Of a stretch of DNA of 64,000 nt, positions 12,117-24,800 are shown in pieces. Position numbers and translations under genes: made by a program. Within the stretch, counting starts at the first letter, position 1. Each line of letters begins with the position of its first letter. The notes beneath the pieces were generated by a model that saw only the letters and a program-made list of their open reading frames with translations, was not told the DNA's origin and ran no database searches. The stretch is from Takakia lepidozioides (taxonomy: Eukaryota; Plantae; Bryophyta): contig CM060731.1 in the NCBI GenBank assembly GCA_030704615.1, positions 93,992,001-94,056,000 of the forward strand, given 5' to 3'.

Positions 12117-13695
12117 TAAATAAAATCCCATTGTAAATACTACATTGCATATGCTCAACCCTGACACCTGTCATCGCAACATAAATGGTTTGTGTACTAG
12201 CTCACTGTTTATATTTGTAATGTTCCAAGGTTTCGGATAGGGTTATGAGAAAACGATGTATTAGTTCCGTAGGAGTTAGGCAACAAACGTCTCCTCTCAT
12301 TCAACTGTGCGACACTACCATGAGAGGCATGGATCGGAAAGTAATAGGTGCACATGCGACCTCCGAACGTTTGATACTAGGTCCAGCGAATGGTCTACTT
12401 AAACGTGCGGAGGTCGCATGTACACCTATTATTTTTTTATCCATGCCACTCATGGTAGTGTCGCACAGTTGAATGAGATATGGAACGTTTGTTGTCTAAC
12501 TCCTATGGAGCCAATATATCATTTTCTCAATACCCTGTCAGAAACATTGAAACATTCGAAGTTACAAACAGTGCCACAATACACGGCCGGTTTTGTTGAA
12601 ATGACATCTGTGAGGTTCGAGCCTATGCAATTTATTATTTACAACGGAACTTTATTTACTCGGGGGACCGGTATTGCTGCTGGAGCGGAACTGATGGTGC
12701 GAGTTCCCTATTGATTAGAGCTGTCACAACCAATGTCAACAATCATATTTACAGTAAGGTGTTTCATGCTATTGTTGTTCTTCTAGCTGAATTCTATAGT
12801 ACTCTTTTTGCTATTCCCATGCCAACGTCATTTGAGACTGTCATGTTCAAACGGACGTATCAGCCACCCCGGCCAGCTTGCAGGCTGCAGCCATGGCTCA
12901 CCATAAATTAAATGAATTGGAGATTTTGTGCGAAGTTCCTGGTTTCATGTCCGTGGTGGCTGATACGGAATTCAAAATATGGCAGTCGCAGTGGACCTGA
13001 TGTTGTTGGCATGGGAGTAGCAAAACGATTCCTAAAGAATTCAGCTACATGAACATCGGCAGTATGAAACACCTTGCAGTACATATGATTCTTGAGATTG
13101 TTTGCACGGACTATTTGTGTTTGTGCTTTCAAGTGACGAACGTTTCCGCCATGGTGCAGAAGAGGTGCATTGGCCACATTAAACGGTTGATGTGATACCA
13201 TTTCACAAATGTATCACATCGCATTTGTGAAAATGTATCACATGAACCGTTCCATGTGGCCTACGGGAGTCTTCGATGGGTACGAGATCAATGTGGCCTA
13301 CGAGATGAGCTTCCACCAACAAACAACTGATCATTTCAGAAGCGCTAGAACTTTGAAGCGACGATGGGCAAGGTTCTTCATCCAGATGTTCAACATGCTG
13401 AGGTCTTCTATAATGTCTCTTGCTTTGTAATGAGGTGCTTCTCCAACTCTTATTTTTCCAATGTTAATATCTTCCATCCGGAACATATCCACACATGCGT
13501 ATATAAAGACTTCAAAAACCAAATGACCATCAAAACTGGAAGCTGGGGATGAGGTTTATAAAAGTGAAAATGGTCATTTGTTTTTATAAGGATTTCTGCA
13601 CACATATGTGAATCTGTTCCAGGTGGAGAATATCAACATATTGGGTAAAGTGGACATGGAGAAGCACCGCATTACGAGGCAGGAGACACTACAAA
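12117..13695. repeat. Cluster of four imperfect long inverted repeats (hairpins)
   Basis: Inverted repeats at about 12117-12658 (arms about 255 bp), 12715-13115, 13172-13261 and 13408-13692. Arms aligned by eye, e.g. tcattcaactgtgcgacactaccatgag / ctcatggtagtgtcgcacagttgaatga. Confidence 0.9.
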
Positions 13696-14611
13696 AAGAG
13701 CTTCAAAGGGCATACCATGTAACAGGTCCCAGTATAATCGAAGACGAAACCCCATTCATTCGGGGATTGAAAATGCATGAGCGGTGAGCGGTGAGCATGA
13801 GCGGAGTATTCCGAACCTTTTCCGAACCTACACCGAACCAGAATTAAAGAACCAAAAACGCAGGTCCCGACATCCCCGCGCACCGACTTCCCCATACATA
13901 ACAGGGACAATTTGGGATTTTGTAGAAGCGCACGGAAATTGGGGTTTCAACACCTATAGCCGTGCCCCAAGTTGCGCCGTTATAGTCGGCACCGACAACA
14001 ACACAGCAGGCCAATGTGGGGTAAAACGCCCCGTGCGAAGCTTGCGGGTGTTGTAGTCGCCAACGACTACAGAAAGCATACGAAATTAGGAGGGTAATCG
14101 TCATCGAATTAATTCAAATACAATGTGGCAAATAAAACTTGGTTAATGTTATAGACGGCAACGAGTAGGTGACACGCGTTGGGTGAACGAATTGAAGAAG
14201 CATATGAGGAACGTAGATGAGCGAAGGTACTGCGTTGCAGGCTCGAAGTATAGTCGGTGCCGACTTCATGCACTTAAGTTAAATGAGGCAACTGAGTGGA
14301 GTCTCTGTTTAAAAGTCCATATAGCGCATTGCCTACCCATGGCTCTTGGTTTTTAAGGAGATCAGAAAGCACTCAAAGAACGAGTTTGGGTTGCCTTCGC
14401 CATTGCACCATCATGCCAAGATCATGGAAGCTATTGAAGCATCGTAGAAGAGAAATTGTAATCCGCAATATTGAAATCCGGGCACATCACTGGATGATAC
14501 CAAACAGTTCAAGGTGGCATAGAAAAGCCTATTGTTTACTCAGTGATAATTGGGGCCTCATTAAGTAGTAGATGTCATGACACCATGGTCGGCCACGATA
14601 GACAGTCGCCA

Positions 14612-17035
14612 CTATGGTAACCAAGGACAAGGATCGCGAATTAACATTGCCTTCACCTCATTTATGGAGAGATTAGGGTGGTTGATGTCCTCCGAGTCTT
14701 CCTCCATTTTCAATCGGCGCAACAAAATATAATATATGTGCTTGCAATGGGTGTATGCGGATTTAGCCCTCTTCATTTTTCCAAAGTCAGGGCAGGTGCA
14801 CTCCGGATTTCTAGAGATGCACACATTGTAGACCTCCCTTGCTTTGGCCGATCCCGTTGTGCACAGTGTGTACACACGACCAATTCCAGGGCGGGAAACA
14901 TCTTTGAACGATTGTACAATTGCCTTCAAAGATTGTCCGAACTCCATCTTTTTACGGGCTTGTGCACTCAATGGCTTTCGTCGATATATTTTTTACCCCC
15001 CATCTCTTGGTTGCATATGTGTCCGGATCCAGGTGATTGCTATCATCCGCAACAGTGTCCCCCTCTCCCTCGGCAACGCTCTTGTCGTCTATAGGAACAA
15101 GTCGAAATCCAGCCACGGTTAAGGCGTCAACCTCCTCCTGATTTAAATTTGTCCCAACCATCACAGGCCAAATGTCGGGAATAACTAGTCTATCGAGCAC
15201 ACATCGCCCCGCTTCACCACCGACGCAGTACATGATATCAGTTGGGCAGTGCCACATTCCATATCTTGGTTTACCAAAGCCGGAGGATGGTGGCGACCAC
15301 ATATCTTGGAGCAGGAATACCCAACTGTGGAGTGGCCGGATTTCTTCTTTGCATGCTTGTGCACTGTCAGACCGTACTGCCCAACACTTTACTCTTGAAG
15401 TGTTGGACGTCCGGGCGATGTGCCAAAATGCTGTGGACACGGCGGACTCTAAAACTGGCTTTCTATTCTGTAGTGGAAGGTCATCCTCCAATGTCTCTAG
15501 AGACATCTGAATAGTAGTTGTGGGCACTCCTAGTCCTCCGGCACCTTCACGGCGCCTGGGTGTGGTGCGGAGGTTCATGTCAGGCCTCCATGAATGAAGG
15601 TGTTCCTCGTCTTCTAAGTTGCCCAAAACAATCTTCCGCTTTGTTGTCCGAGTGAGAAGTCGCTCTCGAGCCCAGGATTTCTACCATGGAGAGGAGTTCC
15701 TCACAAAAACTTCTTACCACCTCTGCCATCTTTAGAGGATCAGAAGACCGCGCTGCGCTCCGATCTAATAATTGTTGGCGGTCGGGACCAGAACCCTTTG
15801 CACCACCCTTTAAATAATTATGGAAGGCCGATGATTGGAAAATAGCCCTTGTCATGTTGTCTTTGTTGGCTGTGTATAGGTCCACTTTTAAGACACCACT
15901 CCCGGCCTGCCAGCTCGCATGCACGGACTCAGACATGTACACATTTGGCATTGTTGCGTCCTCTTCGAGATCCAATCCCTGCAGGTAAAATCTCCATCAT
16001 GAGAACTACATTTCCGCGGACAACACAAAAAAAAGCGCCATTGAAACGATATCGAGCCTTCAATCGGCACCGAATATAGCCATCAAATGCTTCATGACAC
16101 ATAACCCAATCTTAAAGTCGGTGCAGACTATGAGCTACCCACAATAGTGCCATGTCTTACGGTATAGTTGGTGCTGACTATAAAAGGAATGTTCTACTGA
16201 AGTGAGCTGCACAGATGGGACGCTATGTTATAGTCGGTGTAGACTATAATCCACAATAGTGGCATTCCAACCGAGGCCGGCGGTTGGAGGAATAATTTGC
16301 TACAATGTTATGTTATAGTCGGTGCAGACTATAAGCTGTGGCCAGTTGTGGCCTACGCTATCTTCGGTGTTTTGCTGCAGTGAGCCAAACCTCATGTGAT
16401 CAGAGAAAATGTATTCACATTAAGGATCAATGTTAAAATCTAATGTCATAGTCGGTGCAGACTACAAGGTAAAACAATGCCATTGCAACGCTATAGTCGG
16501 TGCAGAATACAATGGAATAAGGTCCCCTCATATGTGCTCTGCTTCATGTCACCAGAGCGACTATGAAAGCAAGGTTTCGCTCATGTGAGCAGATATACAT
16601 CCGCTCACGGATTCTTTTCCAAGTAGAATAAACAAAGATGTCGATGGAACCGTAATAGTCGGTACAGACTATGAAAGTTTGAATTTTGCTCACGTGAGCA
16701 TAACCTGAAATAACTGGGCATACGAAGATATTGCATGCAACAATTGAATGCTTACATTGCGGACATATGCCCCAAGTTGATAGTAACGGTATGTCCACCA
16801 CGACAGCCAGCTCTCCAACGCGGGAACATCTTCATCTCGAGCGGCACCAGAAACGACCACCAAGCTCGATGGCCAGAAATGAAACCTCCGCTTCCGCCTC
16901 AGTATTTGCCTGTTCTCCACTTCGTACAAAGTTGTACATGTGCATGTTGGAGGTTTTCGGAGATGTTTTTTTTGGTTCACTTCTGGAGGCTTTGACCCCA
17001 GTGGAACCCACATGTTCTCTCACGATCGGGCATGG
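14612..17035 (-). pseudogene. MULE-type transposase, C-terminal part (CxxH motif, third catalytic Glu region, SWIM zinc finger); intron about 15979-16755
   Basis: MPDRERTCGFHW..SL, LESWLSWW..RY.QLG, MPNVYMSESVHASW, and SWIM YNVCIS..PECTCPDF...HCKHIYYIL. GT-AG intron. Frameshifted. Confidence 0.85.
16062..16671. repeat. Intronic cluster of TAGTCG-N4-CGACTA palindromes
   Basis: Copies at about 16062, 16115, 16165, 16231, 16316, 16449, 16494 and 16656, with unrelated spacers. Confidence 0.9.
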
Positions 17036-18082
17036 TGTTAGAGGACTGTAGGGGACTTAGACACTTATACGGGATCTGTAGGGTACCCTTAATTTTTGCA
17101 CAGACTGAGACAAACAGAAACCTTAGGGTGACAGCAGCGCACTGTAGAGGGGTTACATAGCCCACACAGCCGACACAGCAGTACAAAGCCCCACAGCCAA
17201 CACAGCCCGTCACAGTCGTCACAACCCCACAGCCAACACAAGCCCGTCACAGTCGTCACACGCACCACAGCCGACACACAGCCGTCACCCCACACAACCA
17301 CCAGCCCATCACAGTCGTCACAGCCCACACATCCGTCACATCGTCACACCCACACACACCACACATTCCCGTCACATTCTTCACAACATACACACACACC
17401 CGTCACAGCCACACAGCCATTCACAGCCCGACACACTCCAAACACAGCCAGTCACCGCTTGACACAGCTGTCACGATAATAGGGAACGAAGAGTAGGACA
17501 GGGAACGACTGTGGGGAACAACACCAGTGAAGGGAACATGTTAGTTCACATACGACGGTTAGAGAGGGAAACGGTTAGAACCGCGGATAGGAGGATAAAG
17601 GGAAGAACGGGGAATGGAAGGGTCATTATTCGGGGAGGACTTCGGAGACAGGGGGAGCGGAGATCGAGAGCACGATGAAGGAGAAAAGAGGATTAGTAGG
17701 AGCTTGTCATATGCAAAGCTAGAATGATATTGTAGAGCAGATTAGAGACATAATGGCTTCGGCCTGATACCTGATAAATCATAATCTGATACTTATACGA
17801 TACAATCACACTGTGTAGAGAGATCTGAGTGAAGCTGTGGATTGAATGGAGGAGTTAAGGAAACCGATAAATTGATGAAGCAAACTGATACTTAATTATC
17901 AATGGTAAGTAGCTAAGATGAATGCGGAAAAGAAACAAATAGGAAACACCCCCATGATACACTAGCTGTAGGTCATGACTGATTGTTCTGCGCGGGCTGA
18001 GTACTTAGAGATTTCCAACTCTTCTATCTTGGAGTTTCCGCCTCGGATAGCGAAGGGATGGGTGAGTAAAAGCCGCGCGACA
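17036..18082 (+). repeat. 5' LTR (contains an ACAGCC-rich minisatellite at about 17160-17470)
   Basis: TGTTAGAGGACTG...GCCGCGCGACA; near-identical to 29377-30405 outside the minisatellite. Confidence 0.97.
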
Positions 18083-18084
18083 TT

Positions 18085-18102
18085 TGGCGACCATACTGGG
18101 GA
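18085..18102 (+). promoter_or_regulatory. Primer-binding site, probably tRNA-Arg type
   Basis: TGGCGACCATACTGGGGA starts 2 nt after the 5' LTR and resembles the complement of plant tRNA-Arg 3' ends (TGGCGAC...CTGGGGA). Confidence 0.75.
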
Positions 18103-18109
18103 CCTGGGA

Positions 18110-19384
18110 CATGAACAACCAGATGTGACAGGCATCTGGTGGGATCATGGTGGTTGGACCATTAAAGAGTTTGAAGTGAATCAAATTCCCTGTGGAACGA
18201 AGGAAGAAAGATTGTCCAAACAATTCTTTCAAAGGTTCTTGGAATTGCCAGACGGATGTAAAGAAAATATTCTTAAACGAGTGCATGATGCTGATCCAGA
18301 ATGGGGTCTGGAGAAAGGAGTGATAAAGATTTATCAGGTAGCCTGTAGAGGAAGAGCACGTTGTTACCAACATTAGTTTATGTGATAGCGTTGCTATCCA
18401 TTAAACGAGTAGAGTTTGAAGGTTGGGAAGAAAGAAAGGTGAATGTTTATACTCATATGCATGAAGAGCTTGTACTGGTAAAGAATTGGATTCCAAAGGA
18501 TATTTTGTGGATCAAACTCACACCAAGAACAGCTTTTCAGACTTGTTTGCCATATGGTTATATGGTAACGGAGACTTCAAGTATAGCCAAGGGTGCATTG
18601 AAGCTTGAAAGAAATCCAGGCATATACGAGAGATATTACAGAAGAGAGTTTTGGTTATTGCCACATTAAAAGAAATGAAAGACATGGGACATGAGTGATG
18701 AAAGAGAAGCTAGACGACAAAGATATTCATCAAAAAGAGAAAGCTATCTGAAAGCTAATTATCCATATCTTTGGGAGAGAGGAATAGACATAGGGGAATC
18801 ATCTGGACCTCTCACACCATCAAGATCAAAAAGTGCATCACCTATACCGGAAGAACTAGAGTTGGATGCCACTCCTTCTGTTTCTTTGCAAGAAAGATTA
18901 AGGGAATTGGTACAGGAAGAAGATCAATCACGAGGTGAAAGATCTGAGGTACATCCTTGGATAAAAGACTTGACAGAAATCTTTGATAAGAGTTGGCATG
19001 GAACACCAAAAGCAGGAACTCCAGTTTCTGAAGCAGAAGATGAAGAAGGAGATGAGGATGTGGCAGAGCCAACGGAGAGTTCAGACTCTCCAACACCATT
19101 ACAGTTGAGTTACATGAGTGAAGAAGAAACCCAAGGGCAGAACTTGGAGGATGAAAAACAGAGAGAAGAAATTGGAAGAGGAAGAATATGAAGAAGTAGA
19201 CCCAACAGCTGAGGTTGAGACTACAACCAGGACATCCCAACCCGTTGGACCTGGATCAAGTGGAGCACTTGGATCACAGGCCAACGAAGGTGTCGGCTCA
19301 GGGGGATCAGGCGGGCTGCCTGGATCTGGCTCTGGGGGACAGGGAGTGTGGGAAGTAGTGCAACTGAAGCTGGGAATACTGTGA
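18110..19384 (+). pseudogene. Frameshifted coding region upstream of gag (5' extra ORF or long N-terminal Gag extension)
   Basis: Consecutive or overlapping ORF pieces 17975-18376, 18361-18669, 18691-19191 and 19118-19384 with coding-like composition, running into gag. Confidence 0.55.
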
Positions 19385-21726
19385 ATATCGTGGGGCCAGA
19401 AGCAGGGAGTGCTCAAGGGCCACCACTTGGTGGAAGATCCACCACAAAAACAACAGGTCCAGAAGGACCAGCACCAGCAAGGGTGCCAGCACCTGTCAGT
19501 GGGCAGAAGGTAGGGCCACAGATGGCGTTACAACCAACACGGGCAAAACCACCCTTTCCAATATATTCAGGAAAAGGGGATCCCGATGTACACATTAGCC
19601 AATTTGAGCACATGTGTATAGTGAACAATGAGAATGGCGATGATGCCAAGATGAGACTGTTTCCTTGTTCACTTATCAAGAAAGCAAGTGAATGGTATGC
19701 AAGATTCCCTGATAATCATTTCCTAACCTGGAATGGCTTGAATACAGCATTTCGAAATAGGTTCAGGACAAGTAAAACTGAGGATGAAGTGTATGGAAGT
19801 TTACAACAGCTGAAGCAGAAGAAGCATGAAACTGTTGAAGAGTATATGGAGAAGATGGAATTGATGATGAAAAAGCTGGCTGCAGTACCAGCACCCGGTT
19901 TACAGAAGACTTGGTTTGTGAGTGGACTAAGACCAGAGTTGCAGAAGAAAGTGGATATGTTACCCCATAATACAGTGGAGGAGGCATTTGAAACTGCAAA
20001 CAGAATTGAGCAATTGGGAATGCTCAGGAGAGAGAAAAAGGAAGATGAGGACTCTGAAGATGAGTCAGATGAAGAAGAAGAGCAAGAACTAAAAAGAAAG
20101 AGTAAGAGAAAGGAAAAGTTGAAGAGGGATAACTATGAGAAAAGATTGGAAGAAATCTTGAAGAAGTATGCCACAGAGGCTGCAACACATTGGAGGAAGG
20201 GTGTATGGTGTGCAAAGTGCCAGAATGAAGGCCATACCACTACAGAATGCCACATGAAGGAGAAACACTGTACTATCTGTAAAATGGATAACCATTCTAC
20301 TGAGAATTGTTACTACAACAGAAGGACAGCTGCAAGAGAACCTAGGCAAGTGAGGGTGCATCAGGTGCAGCCCCAGCCAAGAAGAAGCAATGATCAGGAC
20401 CACTATGGTAGGTCTGGTGGTTATAACAATGGCATGGAAGGGAGAGGTAATTCAAGAGGGAATTACCAAGGAAATTCCAGAGGCAACTATCAGGGTAATC
20501 CAAGGGGGAATTACCAGCCCGGGAATCAGGATTATAGAAATAATCCAAGACCAGACCAAGGGCGAGGACCCAATGGTGAAGAGCTATGTTACTATTGTAA
20601 TCAGCCAGGACATCGCAAGGCAGCCTGTTCATTCTGGATAAGACACCAGAATGAGATGAGAGCTCCTGTGAATGAGGGCCCAGTGGTGGCAGCTCACATG
20701 GTTAGGCCATGTGTTGTACCAGAAGTAAGTACAATGATAGTAACAAGAAGTAAAGCCAAACTAATACCTCCAGTAGAAGAGGAAGAAGATGAGACTGGAA
20801 GTGGCAATGATATGCCTGAAGATGAAGAGACTTGGAAGGATGAGAAGGAACTGCACAAGGAAGTGGCAGATACTATAAGGGAAATGCAAAAGAGTACGGA
20901 TATTCCTGTGGCAGATTCCTCTGATTCGGATGGAGAAAAAGAGGGGAGTGAGGAAGAAAGGAAAAAAGAAGATGCAGACATGCAAAGTAATGAAGAGACT
21001 TTGGCTGAAGTAATATGTCAGACCAAAGCAGAAATTACCATTGGACAGCTATTAGCTGTGGCACCTTATTGTAGGCACAGGCTGTATCAGGCAATCAATC
21101 GAATTGCCCAAGAGACAGGAAACACAGACCTGAACAGCAAGGTGACCAGTTATAATGTGAAGCCGGAAGGGCGAGAACCAGTCATGGACTTTGATGATTC
21201 TATGCCAGTAATCCAATTGAGAATTGGAAGCACAGAACTAACTGATGTACTGATAGATGGTGGTTCTGGAGTAAATATCATGACAGACCAATTAAGGAAG
21301 AAGCTTGGTCTAAGTAACATGAAACCAGCCCCATTTACAGTAACAATGGCAGATCAAAGAAGTGTACAGCCATTGGGATTAATAAGAGGAGTTAAGATAC
21401 AGATACAGAAAATGATCTTTATGATCACAGTAACTGTATTAAAAATGGATGAAGTCATGGAGGCTTACTCCTTATTATTGGGACGTCCGTGGCTGAAACA
21501 GGCCAGGGTATTCCATGACTGGAATTCTCAGTTACTAACTGTGCATAATGGGATGCACGAGATACAAATTACCACAAAGAAATCTAGTAGATTACCTGCT
21601 ACAAGAAGACCTCGAGGAGTCAGAGAGTATGACTGGAAGGGAGGACTGGATGAGGAGCAGGAAGCTACCCTATTTGCTGCACACCAGAATGGGAGCAGGT
21701 TGCAGAGATGCGGCTGGAAAGCCTAA
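19348..21726 (+). CDS. gag: Gag (retrotransposon gag domain, three CCHC zinc knuckles) and aspartic protease
   Basis: YSGKGDPDVHI..FPCSL..ASEWY, LKQKKHETVEEY, CAKCQNEGHTTTEC, CTICKMDNHSTENC, CYYCNQPGHRKAAC, VLIDGGSGVNI, LLLGRPWL. Confidence 0.95.
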   Translation: MGSSATEAGNTVNIVGPEAGSAQGPPLGGRSTTKTTGPEGPAPARVPAPVSGQKVGPQMALQPTRAKPPFPIYSGKGDPDVHISQFEHMCIVNNENGDDAKMRLFPCSLIKKASEWYARFPDNHFLTWNGLNTAFRNRFRTSKTEDEVYGSLQQLKQKKHETVEEYMEKMELMMKKLAAVPAPGLQKTWFVSGLRPELQKKVDMLPHNTVEEAFETANRIEQLGMLRREKKEDEDSEDESDEEEEQELKRKSKRKEKLKRDNYEKRLEEILKKYATEAATHWRKGVWCAKCQNEGHTTTECHMKEKHCTICKMDNHSTENCYYNRRTAAREPRQVRVHQVQPQPRRSNDQDHYGRSGGYNNGMEGRGNSRGNYQGNSRGNYQGNPRGNYQPGNQDYRNNPRPDQGRGPNGEELCYYCNQPGHRKAACSFWIRHQNEMRAPVNEGPVVAAHMVRPCVVPEVSTMIVTRSKAKLIPPVEEEEDETGSGNDMPEDEETWKDEKELHKEVADTIREMQKSTDIPVADSSDSDGEKEGSEEERKKEDADMQSNEETLAEVICQTKAEITIGQLLAVAPYCRHRLYQAINRIAQETGNTDLNSKVTSYNVKPEGREPVMDFDDSMPVIQLRIGSTELTDVLIDGGSGVNIMTDQLRKKLGLSNMKPAPFTVTMADQRSVQPLGLIRGVKIQIQKMIFMITVTVLKMDEVMEAYSLLLGRPWLKQARVFHDWNSQLLTVHNGMHEIQITTKKSSRLPATRRPRGVREYDWKGGLDEEQEATLFAAHQNGSRLQRCGWKA

Positions 21727-21853
21727 GTTGTTTGAGAGGTATCTGCTGTGGTGTAGTGACAGCAACACCAACTGAAGAGAAACCAGCATTTACCCATCAC
21801 ATTTCTATGAAGAAAGAGAAGGAGAAATAGAAATCCTAGAAGAACCAGCCACT

Positions 21854-24800
21854 GTGAGCTTACAGGATGAAGTGGTGACTGGTTGGACAATCACAGCTGA
21901 TGAGCAGGTGAGAGAAGTAAATGTGGGAACTCAGGAGGAACCGAGGATGGTGAAAGTAGGAGCTGATTTGGAGCCGGAATTCTTCGAAGAAGCTAAAAGC
22001 TTGTTCATCAAATACAGAGATGTATTTGCTTGGAGCTATGAGGATCTAAAAGGGATACCACCTGAAGTCTGTCAGCATAAAATTGAACTGGAACCAGGGT
22101 CAGTACCAATCAAGCAGGCGAGGTATAGAATGAATCCCAACTACGCACAGAAGGTTGGAGAAGAGATAAAGAAGTTGGCTGAGGCTAAGTTTATATACCC
22201 AATAGAGTATACAACTTGGTTGTCACCCATTGTTATAGTTCCCAAGAAGAATGGCAAACTAAGAGTATGTGTGAACTATAAGAAGCTGAATGCTTGTACG
22301 AAGAAAGATCCTTTCCCTTTGCCATTCACAGAAGCAGTATTAGACACTGTGGCAGGCCATGAGATGTACTCATTCATGGATGGCTTCAGTGGTTATAATC
22401 AAGTGCAAGTGGCAGAAGAAGACCAAGGGAAAACAGCTTTCATCACAGACTGGGGGGCTTATGCATACAAAGTCATGCCCTTTGGACTTTGTAATGCACC
22501 AGCGACCTTTCAGAGAGTGATAAGTGAATCTTTTCAAGAGTATCTGGATGATTTCATGCAGGTGTTTTTGGATGATTTCAGTGTGTACAGCTCTAAGAAT
22601 GAGCACTTGCATAAATTGGAGTTATGCCTGGCCAGATGCAGGATGAGAGGTCTGGGCTTGAACCCAGAGAAGTGTACTTTCTGTGTGAACTCAGGGGTGC
22701 TTCTGGGACACATTGTGTGTAAGAAGGGACTCCTTGTGGATCCCAGGAAGACAGAGTCCATTAAAGCCTCTCCACCACCAGTGAATGTTAAGAGTTTAAG
22801 GAGATTCCTTGGGCAAACCAGTTATTACAGAAGATTTGTCAAAAGGTATGCACAAATAGCAGCACCATTGAGCAAGCTTCTGAAGAAAGATGCAGTGTTT
22901 GCATGGACAGCTGAATGTCAACAGGCGTTTGAGGAACTTACACTGTCAGTAACAACTACACCTGTGCTGATTAACCCTCACTGGCATGTAGTATTTCATG
23001 TTCACTGCGATGCATCAGGAGAAGCGTTGGGAGCGGTGTTAGCCCAGAATGTTACAGGGAATATAGATTCACCTGTGTACTATGCTAGCCGGTTGATGAA
23101 CAGTGCTGAGAGGAACTATAGCACAACGGAAAGAGAAGCATTGGCAATGATCTATGCAGTGAAGAAATTCAGGCATTACCTATTGGGAAGAAAGTTTATG
23201 TTTTATGTTCACCAGGCTCTGATATATCTGGTGAACAAACCTTTGATAAGTGGAAGGATAGCGAGGTGGTTAATAATCTTGCATGAGTTTGAGTTCGAGG
23301 TTATTTACAAGCCTGGCCGTTTGCATCTTGTGGCAGATCATTTGTCACGACTAACAACAGGAGAGGCCGCCACAGGAGTGGACGATCAGTTACCTGATGC
23401 GAGTTTATTTGTAATGGAGGTGCAAGGAAGTGCAGATGAATGGTTAGATTGGCAGTGGCCAATCAGATACTACCTTGCTCATGGTCAGTGCCCACCTAGT
23501 TATGGTAAGGAGCAGAGGAAGAGAATTGCTATCAGAGCTTTACCTTATACTATGGTAGGAAGCAGAATGTATAAGTTAGGACCTGATGGAGTACTAAAAC
23601 GATGCTTGTACCACCATGAAGTAAATAAAGTCTTGGAGGAAGTTCATAAAGGAGTGGCTGGAGGTCATTTTGGAGAAGAGACTACCAGTAGAAAGATACT
23701 ACTCGCAGGATACTGGTGGCCTACTTTGTTCAAAGATGTACATGAGTATTGTCAGAAGTGTGATGAATGTCAGAGGCTAGGACCTTTGCAGAGATCTGGA
23801 AGAATGGCCTTGCATCCTACAATGCCTACGGAACCATTTCAGAAATGGGGACTAGACTTTGTTGGACCAATTAATCCACCATCCAAGAATACACAAAACA
23901 GGTACATAATTACAGCCACTGATTATACTACAAAGTGGGTGGAAGCTAAAGCTTTGAGGGACAACACAGCCAAGTCCACAGCAAGGTTCCTGTACGAGAA
24001 CATACTTACACGATTTGGATGTCCCTTAGAATTTATCAGTGATCAAGGAAGTCACTTCATGAATGAGACCATTGAGTTATTGACTAAAGAGTTTATGATT
24101 GTGCATAGAAAGAGTACAACATATTACCCACAGGGTAATGGACAGGCAGAGGCTACCAACAAAATACTATGTACTATCTTGGCTAAGATAGTCAATGCAA
24201 ACAGAACGGATTGGGATACAAAGCTGCTGACAGCTTTATGGTCATACAGGACTTCATATAAAGTCACCACAAAGTATACACCATTCCAATTAGTTTATGG
24301 TATGGAAGCCTTACTTCCAGTGGAATTCCTGTTACCTACCATGAGAACGGAGTGGGGAAAAAGAATGGAATTGCAAGACTCCATCAAGGTCAGGAAACAT
24401 GAATTATACCATGTGGAAGAAGTACGTGCTGATGCAGCTGATAATATGACCAGAATTCAGATGAAGCGAAAGGAACAGTTTGATGAAGGCAAATTAAAGA
24501 CTTTTAAGACGGGGGATTTGGTTCTATGGTTGCAGAAGAAAGGAAAGATTCAAGCTTCTAAGCTTAAATCACCATGGAAAGGACCTTATGTCATACAAAA
24601 GATGTATGATAACAACACAGCCATGTTACAAACCATTAACAAAGAAATGCTGGGAAGAGTCAATGCAAATAAGTTGAAGGGGTACAGTGGTATCCATGAC
24701 AAACCCCTGCAGCATGATTTGCATGTTGAACCGCAAGAGCAGTCACGGGCTGCACCAGTGTTACGAACGGAGTATGGAACACTTGTCGCTAGGCCCAGTA

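Noticed and set aside
17975-18110. ORF starting inside the LTR (also at 30298)
   Set aside because: The start lies in LTR sequence and crosses the PBS; probably incidental read-through.
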